A stretch of DNA of 64,000 nucleotides from Macrostomum lignano (lineage: Eukaryota): the NCBI GenBank assembly GCA_002269645.1, contig NIVC01002668.1:1-64000 (forward strand). Direction: 5' to 3'. This document shows, in pieces, positions 18,905 to 31,672 of the stretch (the stretch's first letter is position 1; the number at the start of each line of letters is the position of its first letter). Position numbers and translations under genes: made by a program. The notes beneath the pieces were generated by a model. The model did not search any database and had not been told where the DNA came from. It saw only the letters and a list, made by a program, of their open reading frames with translations.

Positions 18905-21264
18905 TCAAATCTGCAGCATGAGCCGAACTCCACGAAGAGACAGCGGGACAGAGCCAGTGTGCCAGATCATATTACTGTAATCTGCGGTCTCTCCCGAAAG
19001 AAAAATTCCGTTGGGGTTGGTGAAATGGCAGTTTTTAAACCACCAGCCTCCTTTTCCCCATATGTTTGAGCATGACTCAGTGCTGTCGTCATTGTCCCTG
19101 TCCTTCGTGGAGAACCGCATGCCTTTGCTGTGCTCCAAAGCGTCAAAGCTGACATTGGACCTGTCCCTCAGCATCTCTCGGTACGTCATCCGATACCCAG
19201 TGCTGGCGTCTCCCACCTGGAATCCCGCGTACTCCGCATGCAGCTCAGAGCCGTTCCACAGCTTCATCTCCACTCTGAGGGTGGCGCCGCCATGGTTAAG
19301 CGAGTGGATGGCGGAGAGACCTGAGGGAGGAGAGTGGCTGAGTCTGAGTCGATGAAAATCATGGGAGTAGCCTCCAGGTTCTCTGAAGCCACCAATGCAG
19401 CAGGAAAGGCCAATGTAGAGCATTACCATCAAGATGCAAGTAGTTAATCGAAACATTTTAATCGGCTGAGCAGCCAATCATTCAATTCAACTTGCATCAT
19501 TCGAAGCGCATGAGTCACAGAAATTTGTTATAAATCCACAAGATGTGCTTCTACTGCTGACACGCAATATTAGCTGATACAAAAAGGCCACTCACCGATC
19601 CAGAAGTCAGTGCCCTCACCGAAGCCAGTCTCGTACTCAGTCCAGTTTCGTTGGAAACTCACTATGCCAGTAAGTCGCTGCTGAATCTTCAGGAAGCAGC
19701 GACCGTCTGGCTGCAGTTGAAACGCACTGGAAGAGTTCGTTGTGCGGTGAGCAGAGGCGCATTGCAGTCTGGCCCAGGACTTCAGACTGGAGCAGCTCTC
19801 TGCATCTTCAGACGGTTTCATTCTCCATGATGAAGTTATTCGGCTGGGTTCGAAAACGCACTGCTCAGCAACCAGCGATGTCACCCGCCACTGGACGTGT
19901 CGCCACAGGTCAGTGGGCTCCGTCAGCAAAGCAGACCTGGAAGTCAGTGTCAGTGAACTTGCTTGCAGCACTGTTTGGACTAACACGCTTGTGCGAACGG
20001 ATATTATAGATCCAGACCTGATCGTTATCTAATTTGTTTTCTGAAAACCAAAACACTACAAAACAAAATCGAAATAAACTCTACGCTCGCACTTAATCTC
20101 GTCTGGAATCAGGTATCAATAGCTCACAAAAATGTCAGCCAACCTGAGACCGCGGCACTCCCTTCAGTTTCTGCAGTACAGCCACAGCTGAGCGGACCTC
20201 CAGTCTGCCGACGCCATCAGCGGACCGACCTCGAACCGAGCACTCAACGAAGAGCTCACCGATCTCTCAGCAGTCCACAGCCGCATGAAATCGACCGAGC
20301 CAGGCGACAAGTCGGCCAACTGAGTCCTCACAGCATCGCGTGTGGCCTCATCTTGCAGCACCAGATCCAGTTTCAGGTAGTGCATGTCTCGGCTGTAGTC
20401 ATACCTGACTGACTCGCTGCTCAAGCTGGAGATGTTGTGGCACAGCAGAGGCTCGATGAGGAAGTGGCCCTTCATGTCGAGTCTCTGGTGCACTCGGGCA
20501 GAGCAGTTCTCGAGATTGATGGAGCGGATGAATTTCAGCTGTCCGCATGTCACCAGAGGTGAGAATTTTTGCCGGTTCAAGTCCAGATCGAAAATGCTGT
20601 CGTTTTGCAGCATGACGCGGCTCTGAATGTCATGGCAGGAGGCGTTCGCAATAATCGAAGCAATTAATTTCACTTTTTCAAGAGCCTGCCGAGGTGAATG
20701 TTTGAAACGGTCTTGCACTTTAAACCACTGGATTTGTTTATTCAAAAATATTATTTTCGACTGTCTCTGTTTTTGTACAAGCAAAGGCCAGCTATTTTTC
20801 TCCAGCGCCAGTCTGAGAGTGGCTACTGGCTCATTCGGAGTCCACAGGAAGCCCAACACTCGAATCGATGAGCGGGTGTCGGCCGAGACGCTGATGTTAG
20901 TCACGTTGGCGAAGCTTACAGAACTCGGTGACAGATGCTGCATTTGACGCTGAGCCTCTGCGAGCATCCCAGCATCCTTCATCAACACGGGAACATTGAC
21001 ATACTTTTGCTGAGCAATGGAGTCGAATCGAGCAGCAATGCCTCTCAGGCTGTCCGTCACGCACATGAGCGGCTCGACTGCCAAGTGCGGACCGTCGCTC
21101 GCTCCCGTGTCGTGCACGAACAGCGCGCAGCCGTTCACGCTGAGCTGCGCCACGAAGCGGAGCCGCAGAGAGTCAGCGGGAGCGCACTGGGAGACCTGGC
21201 CGGCTGCCAGCGAGCAGAGCAGCAGAGCCAACGCTGCAGAAACTCGCAACTCATAGAGCGGCAT
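18905..21264 (-). CDS. Secreted fibrinogen-related protein, copy 1; exons 21264-20144, 19936-19596, 19320-18905; in-frame TGA at 20164-20166
   Basis: Signal peptide (RVSAALALLLCSLAAGQ) and phase-consistent GT-AG junctions. FReD motifs IQQR..G.VSFQRNWTEYETGFG..DFWIG|LSAIHSL, LRVEM, YAGFQVG, GMRFSTKDRDND, GGWWFKNCHFTNPNG. Confidence 0.8.
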
Positions 21265-21778
21265 AGTTTGAGATGCAAGTCTAAGGCCTAAATGTAGTTT
21301 AAGTTTTTATTGCTTTGGTTTGCACAATGGAATTCTGATTCGTCTCGCAGTGTGTGGACGCAGCCAAGTCAGAAGCGAAATGCGAGCTGTGAGCTGCACC
21401 GGCTTATATAGAGCTCACACACGATGGGGGGGCATGCCGTCCAATAGTGAAAGTCGCAAGGGCGTGAGTCAGTCGAAGCTCAGCTTGGGTGCATCCGAAC
21501 CCCCAGCTGGACTGGCGAGCTGTTTAGTGCCAGAGCACTCTTTCGGTGCCCCAGTTGCAGTCCGTGGCCGCCGCAAGGCACGACTTTGCTTCTGCGCACA
21601 GTAGAAATTTGAAGAACCGCAGACATTCCGTTTGACAGCCACGCATGTGTAAGACGCATTCGGCTTTTCTCAGACCTTGGATTCTTTCAGCGTTGTGTAT
21701 CGCATAAACAAATAAGTTTATTAATTTGGGTTTTCTAAATTTTCTCTGTTTTTGCTTTCAGTGCATGAGCTGAAGTCT

Positions 21779-22278
21779 CAAGCAATTAGAGGCCTCTGTG
21801 TCGTGTTGGGGACGAAGGCGGCCTGTGTCAAGCAATTAGAGGCCTCTGTGTCGTGTTGGGGACGAAGGCGGCCTGTGTCAAGCAATTAGAGGCCTCTGTG
21901 TCGTGTTGGTGACGAAGGCGGCCTGTGTCAAGCAATTAGAGGCCTCTGTGTCATGTTGGGGACGAAGGCGGCCTGTGTCAAGCAATTAGAGGCCTCTGTG
22001 TCATGTTGGGGACGAAGGCGGCCTGTGTCAAGCAATTAGAGGCCTCTGTGTCATGTTGGGGACGAAGGCGGCCTGTGTCAAGCAATTAGAGGCCTCTGTG
22101 TCATGTTGGGGACGAAGGCGGCCTGTGTCAAGCAATTAGAGGCCTCTGTGTCATGTTGGGGACGAAGGCGGCCTGTGTCAAGCAATTAGAGGCCTCTGTG
22201 TCATGTTGGGGACGAAGGCGGCCTGTGTCAAGCAATTAGAGGTCTCTGTGTCATGTTGGGGACGAAGGCGGCCTGTGT
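21779..22278. repeat. Minisatellite, 10 x 50 bp
   Basis: agcaattagaggcctctgtgtc(a/g)tgttggggacgaaggcggcctgtgtca repeats every 50 bp from 21781 to 22231. Confidence 0.97.
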
Positions 22279-22942
22279 AAAGTGCGCAAAACGCCTGCAA
22301 ACTGATGATGAGATTCAATCCTCGAGATCTGAAATCAACAGCCAAAAAGGGCAGAAGCACTAAACAGTTTGCAAATGTGAAATGAAACACAGGTGACAAT
22401 CAAGATAGCAGCTTATCGAGGCTGGCACAGGAAGCAAGCTCACAGAAAGGTTCTCAGAGCGGGACAGGAAAGCGACCCAGCCCACAGATCTGCGGACGTC
22501 AGCGTTCAGGGTTTGAGAGCGACGCTGATGGCACGGCGGGCGCGGCATTGCATGGTGCGACAGAGATCTGCAGTAGAGCCTCAGCAATTATGAGAACAGC
22601 AGTTGAGAATAAATAAATGATGGCCAAAAGTTATTGGCTTAATTTTCGAGCGAGACAGACTGACAGGCAACCCTTAAAAAGTGAGAATCCATGCAACTGT
22701 AACTTGGCGAATGAAGCGCTGCACTTACTCGACTACCAATTAAAGTCAGTTAGTAGCGGCGGTCCTAAATGCTATCATTTGAACAAACAAAAAGCCTGTC
22801 GTATTGCAATGTTGCCATCGCAACCGTTGCTAAGCATTATAAATAGCACGCAATCATCTACTGGACGCAGTGCTCAAACGGGATACCGGACATTTCCATT
22901 GGGCGTTCCTCCTCCAGAATTTCCCCTCCTTCAGAGTCGAAA

Positions 22943-23060
22943 TACCGGAGGGTAAATACCGGAGGGTAAATACCGGAGGGGAAGTACCGGAGGGGAAATA
23001 CTGGAGGGGAAATACCTGAGGGAAAATGCACGAGGGAAAGTACTGGAGGGGAACACCGGA
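22943..23060. repeat. Short degenerate 14-bp tandem repeat (taccggaggggaaa)
   Basis: About 8 visible units. Confidence 0.8.
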
Positions 23061-23441
23061 TTTCAGTTAATGGGAAATTCGAATGTAAAAACTTTGCACT
23101 GACAGAGATTTGTGAACAAAATTTGTGTACTTCAAAACTACACAGGTTTCTGGAATTAAGATAGTGAACTCATTCGAATGGAATTGTCTGTGCCTGCTAA
23201 AATGAGTTTATTGAGTTGAAATTCGAGAAAAATATTGGTTTTAGTTTCTATGCGCTCGACTGTTTTAAATCTGTAAAACTCCTGCAATCTGGGAGTTTTA
23301 AGAAAACTATATTTTGTGGATAGTAATTTGCAGAAGCTAATGGTGCTCATTAGTCTCATAAAATATTTTTGTATTAATCCGACAAAGCTGTATTTAAGTC
23401 AACAGAGTGCGTCACTGAGTTGCTGCGCAAATTTTTGATGC

Positions 23442-26400
23442 TCAAATCTGCAGCATCAGCCGTACTTCACGAAGAGACAGCGAGACGGAGCCAGAATGCC
23501 AGGTCATATACCTGCATTCTATTTTCTCTCGTGAAGGAAAAACCGCGTTAGGGTTGACGTGATGGCAGTCTTTAAACCACCAGCCTCCTCTACCGCATTC
23601 GTTTGAGCATGAATAACGCGATACGTCATTGTCCCTGTCCATCGTGGAAAACCGCATGTCCTTGTGGTGCTCCAAAAAAGCGTCAAAGCTGACACTGGAC
23701 CTGTGCCTCAGCATCTCTCGGTACGTCATCCGATACCCAGTGCTGGCGTCTCCCACCTGGAACCCCGCGTACTCCGCATGCAGCTCAGAGCCGTTCCACA
23801 GCTTCATCTCCACTCTGAGGGTGGCGCCGCCCTGGCTGAGCGAGTGGATGGCGGAGAGACCTGCGGGAGGAGAGCGGCTGAGTCTGAGTCACTTCTGCTC
23901 GGCTTGTCGCCGCTGCAGTCAGGTGAGTCGCGATTCGGATGTTCATGAAATTTTAAAAATATATCTCTATTAATTTTGAGCTTGTGTTGTGCTAAAAATC
24001 TGGATTAATGCGTGAATGAACTCCGCTGATGCATCCAGCTCCCTTTAAGGCTGGTAATGTTCCAGCTGGACGTGGACGGCCTTTCTGCTTTTCTCCACTC
24101 AGACTGTGATATCTTTCTTCAAGATGAGCTTTCAAATTGAGCGGAGTATCATTCAGCTAAAATACATAAAAATGCGAGATATGAGATACCGCGTTCTGAT
24201 AGACAAAATAATACTACATGTACTTCCACATCTACGAGTTCGCGTCGATTGCATCATATTTTTGCCTTGTGCACACTGTAACTCGAGGGCGCAGTTGCGT
24301 AATCGCGCACGCTTTGACGCCTTTTGCCACGGAACGCGCATTCGCATATGCGCGCTGTTCATAACTCCTGCCTGTTCCCTGCACTCCTTTCCTCTGTGCT
24401 CTCGTTTGCAGCCACTTGACAGCTTGGCCGTGGCTGCTCTTTGTTCGCTACGGTCCAGAGGTCACTGGTGATTTCACTAGTGGCCCGCTTTTCCGTATCT
24501 TATGGCGAATGGCGGAAGCTGGAAGACGTCAGGCTTCTGAAGAAGTGGCGCACGGTGTCCAGGCGCCTGGTTTCTATCTTGAGATGGCACTCATTTAACA
24601 TAAAATTAGTCACCTAGTCACCTAAAAGCACAAGATCTGCTTTCACTCCTGTCATACAAAAAGACTGCTCACCGATCCAGAAGTCAGTGCCCTCACCGAA
24701 GCCAGTCTCGTACTCAGTCCAGCTTCGTTGGAAACTCACTATGCCAGTAAGTCGCTGCTGAATCTTCAGGAAGCAGCGACCGTCTGGCTGCAGTTGAAAC
24801 GCACTGGAAGAGTCCTGTGCGTTGAGCAGAGGCGCATTGCAGCCTTGCCCACGACTTCAGACTGGAGTAGCTCTGCATCTTCAGACGGTTTCATTCTCCA
24901 TGATGAAGTGATTTTGCTGGACTTGGAGAGGCACTGCTAAGCAACCAGCGATGTCACCCGCCACTGGACGTGTCGCCACAGGTCAGTGGGCTCCGTCAGC
25001 ACAGCAGACCTAGAAGTCATCAATTGCTTTTTTGAAGGACAGTGCTACGGGGGAATACAAACCGAATTAGTAGAAAACTGAAAAAATTCAACATCAAAAG
25101 CAAATAATTCGAATGCATCCTAGGCTCACTATGAAATTACTAGCCTTAGGTAGAAAACAGTAGGGGGTAATGATGCTGCTGAAATCTATGCATTTATTTT
25201 TTATATTGAAGAACTATGGCATGTATGATGCTTTGCTTTTTTTCAGGTCAGGAATCTTAGTTTTATTCTTGCTAAGACTCTTGATGAAGCTGTTCAGCAA
25301 AGAGCATATAACTACCAGGTAGCAAAACTTAACTTAGAAAGTCCTGGATATGAAATTGTAAACCTGCTAAGGCAAAATGTCAGCCAACCTGAGATCGCGG
25401 CACTCCGTCAAGTTTCCGCAGTACAGCCGCAGCTGAGCGGACCTCCAGTCTGCCGACGCCATCAGCGGACCGACCTCGAACCGAGCACTCAACGAAGAGC
25501 TCACCGATCTCTCAGCAGTCCACAGCCGCATGAAATCGACCGAGCCAGGCGACAAGTCGGCCAACTGAGTCCTCACAGCATCGCGTGTGGCCTCATCTTG
25601 CAGCACCAGATCCAGTTTCAGGTAGTGCATGTCTCGGCTGTAGTCATACCTGACTGACTCGCTGCTCAAGCTGGAGACGTTGTGGCACAGCAGAGGCTCG
25701 ATGAGGAAGTAGCCCTTCATGTTGAGTCTCTGGTGCACTCGGAGAGCAGTTCTCGAGATTGATGGAGCGGATGAATTTCAGCTGTCCGCATGTCGCCAGA
25801 GGTGAGAATTTTTGCCGGTTCAAGTCCAGATCGAAAATGCTGTCGTTTTGCAGCATGACGCGGCTCTGAATGTCATGGCAAGAGCCGTTCGCAATAATCG
25901 AAGCAGATAATTTCACTTTTTCAAGAGCCTCCTGAGGTGAATGTTTGAAACGGTCTTGCATTTTAAACCATTGGATTTGTTTATTCAAAAATAGTACTTT
26001 CGACTGTCTCTGTTTTCGTACAAGCAAAGGCCAGCTATTTTTCTCTAGCGCCAGTCTTAGAGTGGCTACTGGCTCATTCGGAGTCCACAGGAAGCCCAAC
26101 ACTCGAACCGATGAGCGCGTGTCGGCTGACACGCTGATGTTGGTTACGTTAGCGAAGCTCACAGAACTCGGTGACAGATGCTGCAGTTGACGCTGAGCCT
26201 CTGCGAGCATCCCAGCATCCTTCATCAACACGGGAACATTAACATACTTTTGCTGAGCGATTGAGTCAAATCGAGCAGCAATGCCTCTCAGGCTGTCCAT
26301 CACGCACATGAGTGGCTCGACTGCCAAGTGCGGACCGTCGCTCGCTCCCGTGTCGTGCACGAACAGCGCGCAGCCGTTCACGCTGAGCTGCGCCACGAAG

Positions 26401-26507
26401 CGGAGCCGCAGAGAGTCAGCGGGAGCGCACTGGGAGACCTGGCCGGCTGCCAGCGAGCAGAGCAGCAGAGCCAACGCTGCAGAAACTCGCAACTCATAGA
26501 GCGGCAT
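23442..26507 (-). pseudogene. Fibrinogen-related gene, copy 2 (exons 26507-25389, 25009-24673, 23860-23442), disabled
   Basis: Closely similar to copy 1. It has a 2-nt deletion near 25742, an in-frame TAG near 24938 and two further 2-nt deletions in exon 2. Confidence 0.85.
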
Positions 26508-28077
26508 GGTTTGAGATGCAAGGGCCCAGTTCAAATGCAAAGCTCAGCTTTTGTTGTTGTATCGATGGTCAGAGGATTGCAGCTGCATTCTGTAAAATGG
26601 CTGCATTTATATACAGAAGAAGCATTCCCTAATAAATTTCACGTGACTGCAGGCTGCACTTCGCATTCCAGACGCATCATGCGGCCTGCCAATATCCGAG
26701 CGCTTTGCCATTTGCATCAGGCTCTCTGCCCTCAGCTTCCCGATTCGGTTGGCTAGATTTTCGTCCTCTTTTTTCTCTGTCAGTGTCTATCCAGGCACTG
26801 CATGCGTCACTTGCAACCTTAGCGACATGCGGTGCACCAATTTTACCTGCCTTGATGCAGGAGTTTCTGTTTGTGCTGAATGCCCTTTCGAAAATTTTGG
26901 GAGCCAGCTGATTTTGCAATCATGCCATGCCAGCTGTGTCTAAGTCCGTGTTTTTAGATTTGTTCAATCTGTAGTCACGCTTATACGCAAGACTATTATG
27001 CGAATTGGTTTTTCTGCTTTCTGGAAATAACGGCGTTTAACAGTGGAACTGCCATCATAGTCGGATCACTGCGCCATTTTAAAGTTTTCATATCAGGCTT
27101 TAATAATGGAAAAAAAACCTTATCTGCTGGATATCCTCAACCTGACTCTCAAGCAACTACGCTCGTTATAGACACTAGGGAACTACGCTCGAGATCTTTC
27201 ATCATATCCTTTACATTTCTGCAGCTTCAAGATTATTTTATGCATAAATATGGCTATTGTATAATAGCTGTGAATTGTGTCCCGGATCCACGCAGTTTAA
27301 GTTTCAACTCGTTTTTTCAGATCTCTGAAGGCCTTAGCAGCTGTCGCTCTATATCTCAGTTTATCCAATCGAGCGCGCCCACTCAGAAGAGGAATGGGCC
27401 GTCGTCGGTGATCATCATCACAGTCGCTAGTACTATTTTATAACAGGGAGGCAGACTTTAGCAGGCGCGGCTCTATCAGTGAGGCTGTTGATTTTTTGGG
27501 GAAAATTATTTCATCGCGACTATGCAAAAGACTGATAATACTAATACATTGCGTCACTTATTTGACTGACGAGCATTTGACTGCTGACAAATTGATCAAT
27601 TTCGACGTTAACCCTAATCATAACCCTAACCCTAATCTGATCGGCAGTCCCGTCCCGGATATGCCCTTCGCCGACGCGGAATAAACACATCTCATTATAA
27701 ATCTGAAAACATGGATTCGTTGCAGGCCAGCGACAACTTGGGAAGCGTAGTGGTAGCTCGTAGTAATAGTATCGATGGGAAGCATGGCCTCGCTAGGAGT
27801 CAGGTACAGGACGCTCAGATCGTCATAAATTGTATCAGTGAGGGTCATGGTTCCGGCCATAGATCTTATATTTACTAGATAGGCCACTTTGTATTGCGTT
27901 AATAGGGAAAGTGCGACCGCTGTTTTTCGTCACTAGTGCGAAAAAAGCCGACATGGGGTGCTTAAATTTTGAGTTCAGTAGCTTAGGGACATAGACGCTA
28001 TTTTTTGAGAAATTGAAAAAATTCATTAAGTAAGAGTAGAAATGTTCAAACATAGCCATTAGCAGTATTACAAGAAG

Positions 28078-29200
28078 ATGCTGAAAAATAAGAGCAGCTC
28101 AATTTTAAACTCGAGGTGTTGTTGGGCTCGTGGTTGCAACTCGCATATATTTTCTCCTCAACTGGATGAAAATATCATTCTGCCCCATTTTCCGAAGTTT
28201 GATTATGCCGCTCAGTGTTGGATCGACGCATTAGAAGAAGAGGCTATAACATTGGATGTCGTAAGGCAACACAAACTGAAGCTACGAGCGTATGTAGCCT
28301 GCATTTTGAAAAAGACGCCTACGTAACTCCGGGTGGAAAAATTTTAAAGAAGACTGCTTTGACGTCGCTATCAAAACTGCGCCAGACTGGTAACACGTCA
28401 GTCAAAGTTTCATGCCCACAGCCACAAAAACTGGCTGACCCGAACTCAGTATGTGCCTGCCCTGTCGACTATGCCACATCGGAAGTAGGCATTGAGTCGT
28501 CAAAAAAGCAGGCTGGAGTACAATTTTCTCCTGGTACAACTGCCGAAGCTACGATCAACTAGCTACGCTGTAAGTTGGTATCGTCTCAAAAAATCCGAAC
28601 AGTCTGCTAAACAACGAGAGTTGAGGCTGCGAATTAAATCAGAGAAGGCTGCTCAGCATAAATCTGCAAGCTCCAGAAACGCATTAAGGGTGGCTAGGCA
28701 AGCAGTAAATCGTATGCGTTGTAGGTTGCATCGCACCAAGAAAGTTGACAAGTTAATGAAGCCGAAGAAAAAGTTGCTAGCGTCTTCAAAAACTCGCCTA
28801 ATTTTAACCTTTTCGGTGAACAAGACGACCAATCTCGAGGAATCCGCTGGACTCAACGAGAATTGCGGTTTGCGCTGAGTCTACGTCACAAGTCCAGCAG
28901 CATACCGGTTTCTGCGAACTTCGAGAATTTTTTCGGCAGCCTGGGATTTGTCCGTTGACCATGACCACAGATACTATATAAGTTATATAGTATCTGTGAC
29001 CATGACGCATATTCAAACTAACTTGTCCAAAAAGTCACCGAATGAGAAGCTTGCAACACTCTGCATGGACGCTATGTATATTAGTCTATCAATTCGATAT
29101 GATGAGCACCGAGACATGATTTCCGGCTGCGTCTCTGGTAACGATCCTTTTGGATACGTCCCAACCGGCTGGTCAGGCAGTCCTGGCTCCCATGGACGCG
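28078..29200 (+). mobile_element. Degraded THAP-domain P-element-like transposase
   Basis: THAP motifs in shifted frames (CCWARGC...HFPK...W; VCSLHFEKDAY...LKK). Then FALSLRHKS/PAAYRFLR and KLATLCMDAMYISLSIRYDEHRDMISG, matching the P-transposase L.fDEm.i...l.YD...D.i.G region. Confidence 0.7.
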
Positions 29201-30994
29201 ATCGAGGAAGATGAGATAGTGCCGTACATTGCTGTATATGCATTTGCGGAAAGTATCAAGATTTAGTTGCCAAACTTGCCGGGAGCGTATTTTTTCAGAA
29301 AAATCAGTCCCGACGTTTTTTCAGCTCAAAACGTTCCCAGAATGCTTCCACGGACTAAGTACGCCTTTTAAAATAAGTATCGGTGTGTTCACGAAGATGG
29401 AGCTCCTGTTTCGAGCCGAAATGACGCAGTGATGCAGCGATCATGCTTGAGCGTTTTAGTGCAGCTAACCTCGAGCTTCCTTTCTGCAGCGATCATTTCT
29501 CAGCAACAATGATGCTATGAGGTTGTTCGTATACGTGTGCGTTTGCATCATTGGTGTAGACTTCGCATGCGCAGGTTTGTCAGAAAAGCCGAGTGTATCG
29601 CTGCACAAAATAAAATGTAAAACTTTCGCACATTTCGTCGACGTGTGCTCGTCTTGATCTATACGATCCAATAATAGATCGAGATACATTGCTATAGTGG
29701 GCATTAAGTTTATTTTATCTAACTTACGCTTTTACTGTGTACCTAAGTTGAAAAAACTGCGAAACTTTGTTTACTAAACAAGCTACTACACGTGCTAAGT
29801 TAATATATATAACTTGTGTTTAAATGCATCTGTTAAGTAAGTTAGTTTCTGTCTCATTAACTGTTATTTTAAGCTAACCATTTTGAATCTGCGTTTTTTG
29901 CATTAAATACATACAAGAAAGGACCAGCAGTTAACTTTTTCTGTTACAACGAAAATTTGAGTTCAGTATGTATTTTTTGTCTTCACGCTAATGGTTCTGC
30001 CAGACAGATGAGAGAAGGGAGAAGATAAGAGGAAAGATAGGAGAAAGAGAGATAAAAGGATAGAAGAGAGGAGATAAGAGGAGAGATAGGAGAAGAGAGT
30101 AGAGAAGAAAGAAGAGAGCTGAGCAGACATACCTTGGGCGCGCCGGATTGCCATTGTGAAATTTTAATGGACCCCGAGGCCCAGATAGAGAGGCTTGGCG
30201 GGCCGGAGTCCGCCGACCCTGCTCTACTCGTAGGCCAATTCGCGTTGCATTCCTTTAGACCCACTGTTGATTAAAATGAACTGTAAATCGATGCAAACAA
30301 TGGAATAGCCAAATTAAAATTAGAGCGACCGATCATTTGCGCACTGAATAAAAAGAATGGCTGCACAAAAATGCGATTTTATTTTCACAGGGCCGTGAGA
30401 CACAAGAGGCTGCGCGATAACTATTTGCTGTTGCTGCTACTAATGTTAGTAGTAATATTACAAAATGATAACTAAACCATGTTTAAGTTAGCCGAATAAA
30501 ACGCCGAGTGCACAGAAGAACTATAATATGAGATTATCAGCTAAACCCCATATGCGGACAGAAGATTGCAAACAGAAAAATGCTAAATTAATAATACAGT
30601 ATATAATAACAGTAAGAATGAAACACGCATTGATAGCTACTATTAGTAGAGCGACGGGACAGAGCAGAACTATATTTGGGTTAACATAACAGAGCACAAC
30701 ACAAACAATGCACGCTATTATTCATAATTATATTATAAAGTAGTTAAAGATGCCCCCAGCTGCCAGACAGCGCTGCAGAACCGGTTTTTTCACCCTTAGT
30801 AATTAGCTGAATATGCATAGTAACAAATATAAAGTTACAAGTACACTTACATACCATTTTGCAGTGTTAGATTAAAATTTGAATTAAACAGCAAGAGCTT
30901 GCGAGGAAGAAATTTTACAACTGCCAGCTCTCCTGTTCTCTCTGGAAACAGACTGCCATTAGACAGTCTTTGAAGACTATCGGACATTATTTAA

Positions 30995-31530
30995 AACTCT
31001 CCAACATTCCTTGAAACTCTCCGACATTCCTTGAAACTCTCCGACATTCCTTGAAACTCTCGGACATTCCTTGAAACTCTCCAACATTCCTTGAAACTCT
31101 CCTACATTCCTTGAAACTCCCCTACATTCCTTGAAACTCTCCGACATTCCTTGAAACCCTCCGACATTCCTTGAAACTCTCCGGCATTCCTTGAAACCCT
31201 CCGACATTCCTTGAAACTCTCGGACATTCCTTGAAACTCTCCGACATTCCTTGAAACTCTCCGACATCATTTGAAACTCCCCGACATTCCTTGAAACTCC
31301 CCGACATTCCTTGAAACTCCCCGACATTCCTTGAAACTCCCCGACATTCCTTGAAACTCCCCGACATTCCTTGAAACTCCCCGACATTCCTTGAAACTTG
31401 AAACTCCCCGACATTAATTGAAACTCCCCGACATTAATTGAAACTCCCCGACATTATTTGAAACTCCCCGACATCAATTGAAACTCCCCGACATCATTTG
31501 AAACTCCCCGACACTTTTTAAATTCCCCAA
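30995..31530. repeat. Minisatellite, 20-bp unit ccgacattccttgaaactct (about 25 copies)
   Basis: Directly visible periodicity. Confidence 0.95.
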
Positions 31531-31672
31531 CTTTATTGGAAAGTCTCCGAAATTCATTGAAATAACTGGGAAACGGTGCGGTAACCAGTACACAGCTAAT
31601 CCTAACCCCCAATCAAAAACCCATTAAGCAGTTTGCGCAAAGTCTCGCCGGCTCAACGCTATTCTCATCTCC

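Noticed and set aside
21779-22278. Regular 50-bp repeat as a CRISPR array
   Set aside because: Units are contiguous and identical with no unique spacers, the context is eukaryotic, and there are no cas genes.
27609-27636. Telomeric TAACCC repeats
   Set aside because: Only 2-3 imperfect units; too short to indicate a telomere or healing event.
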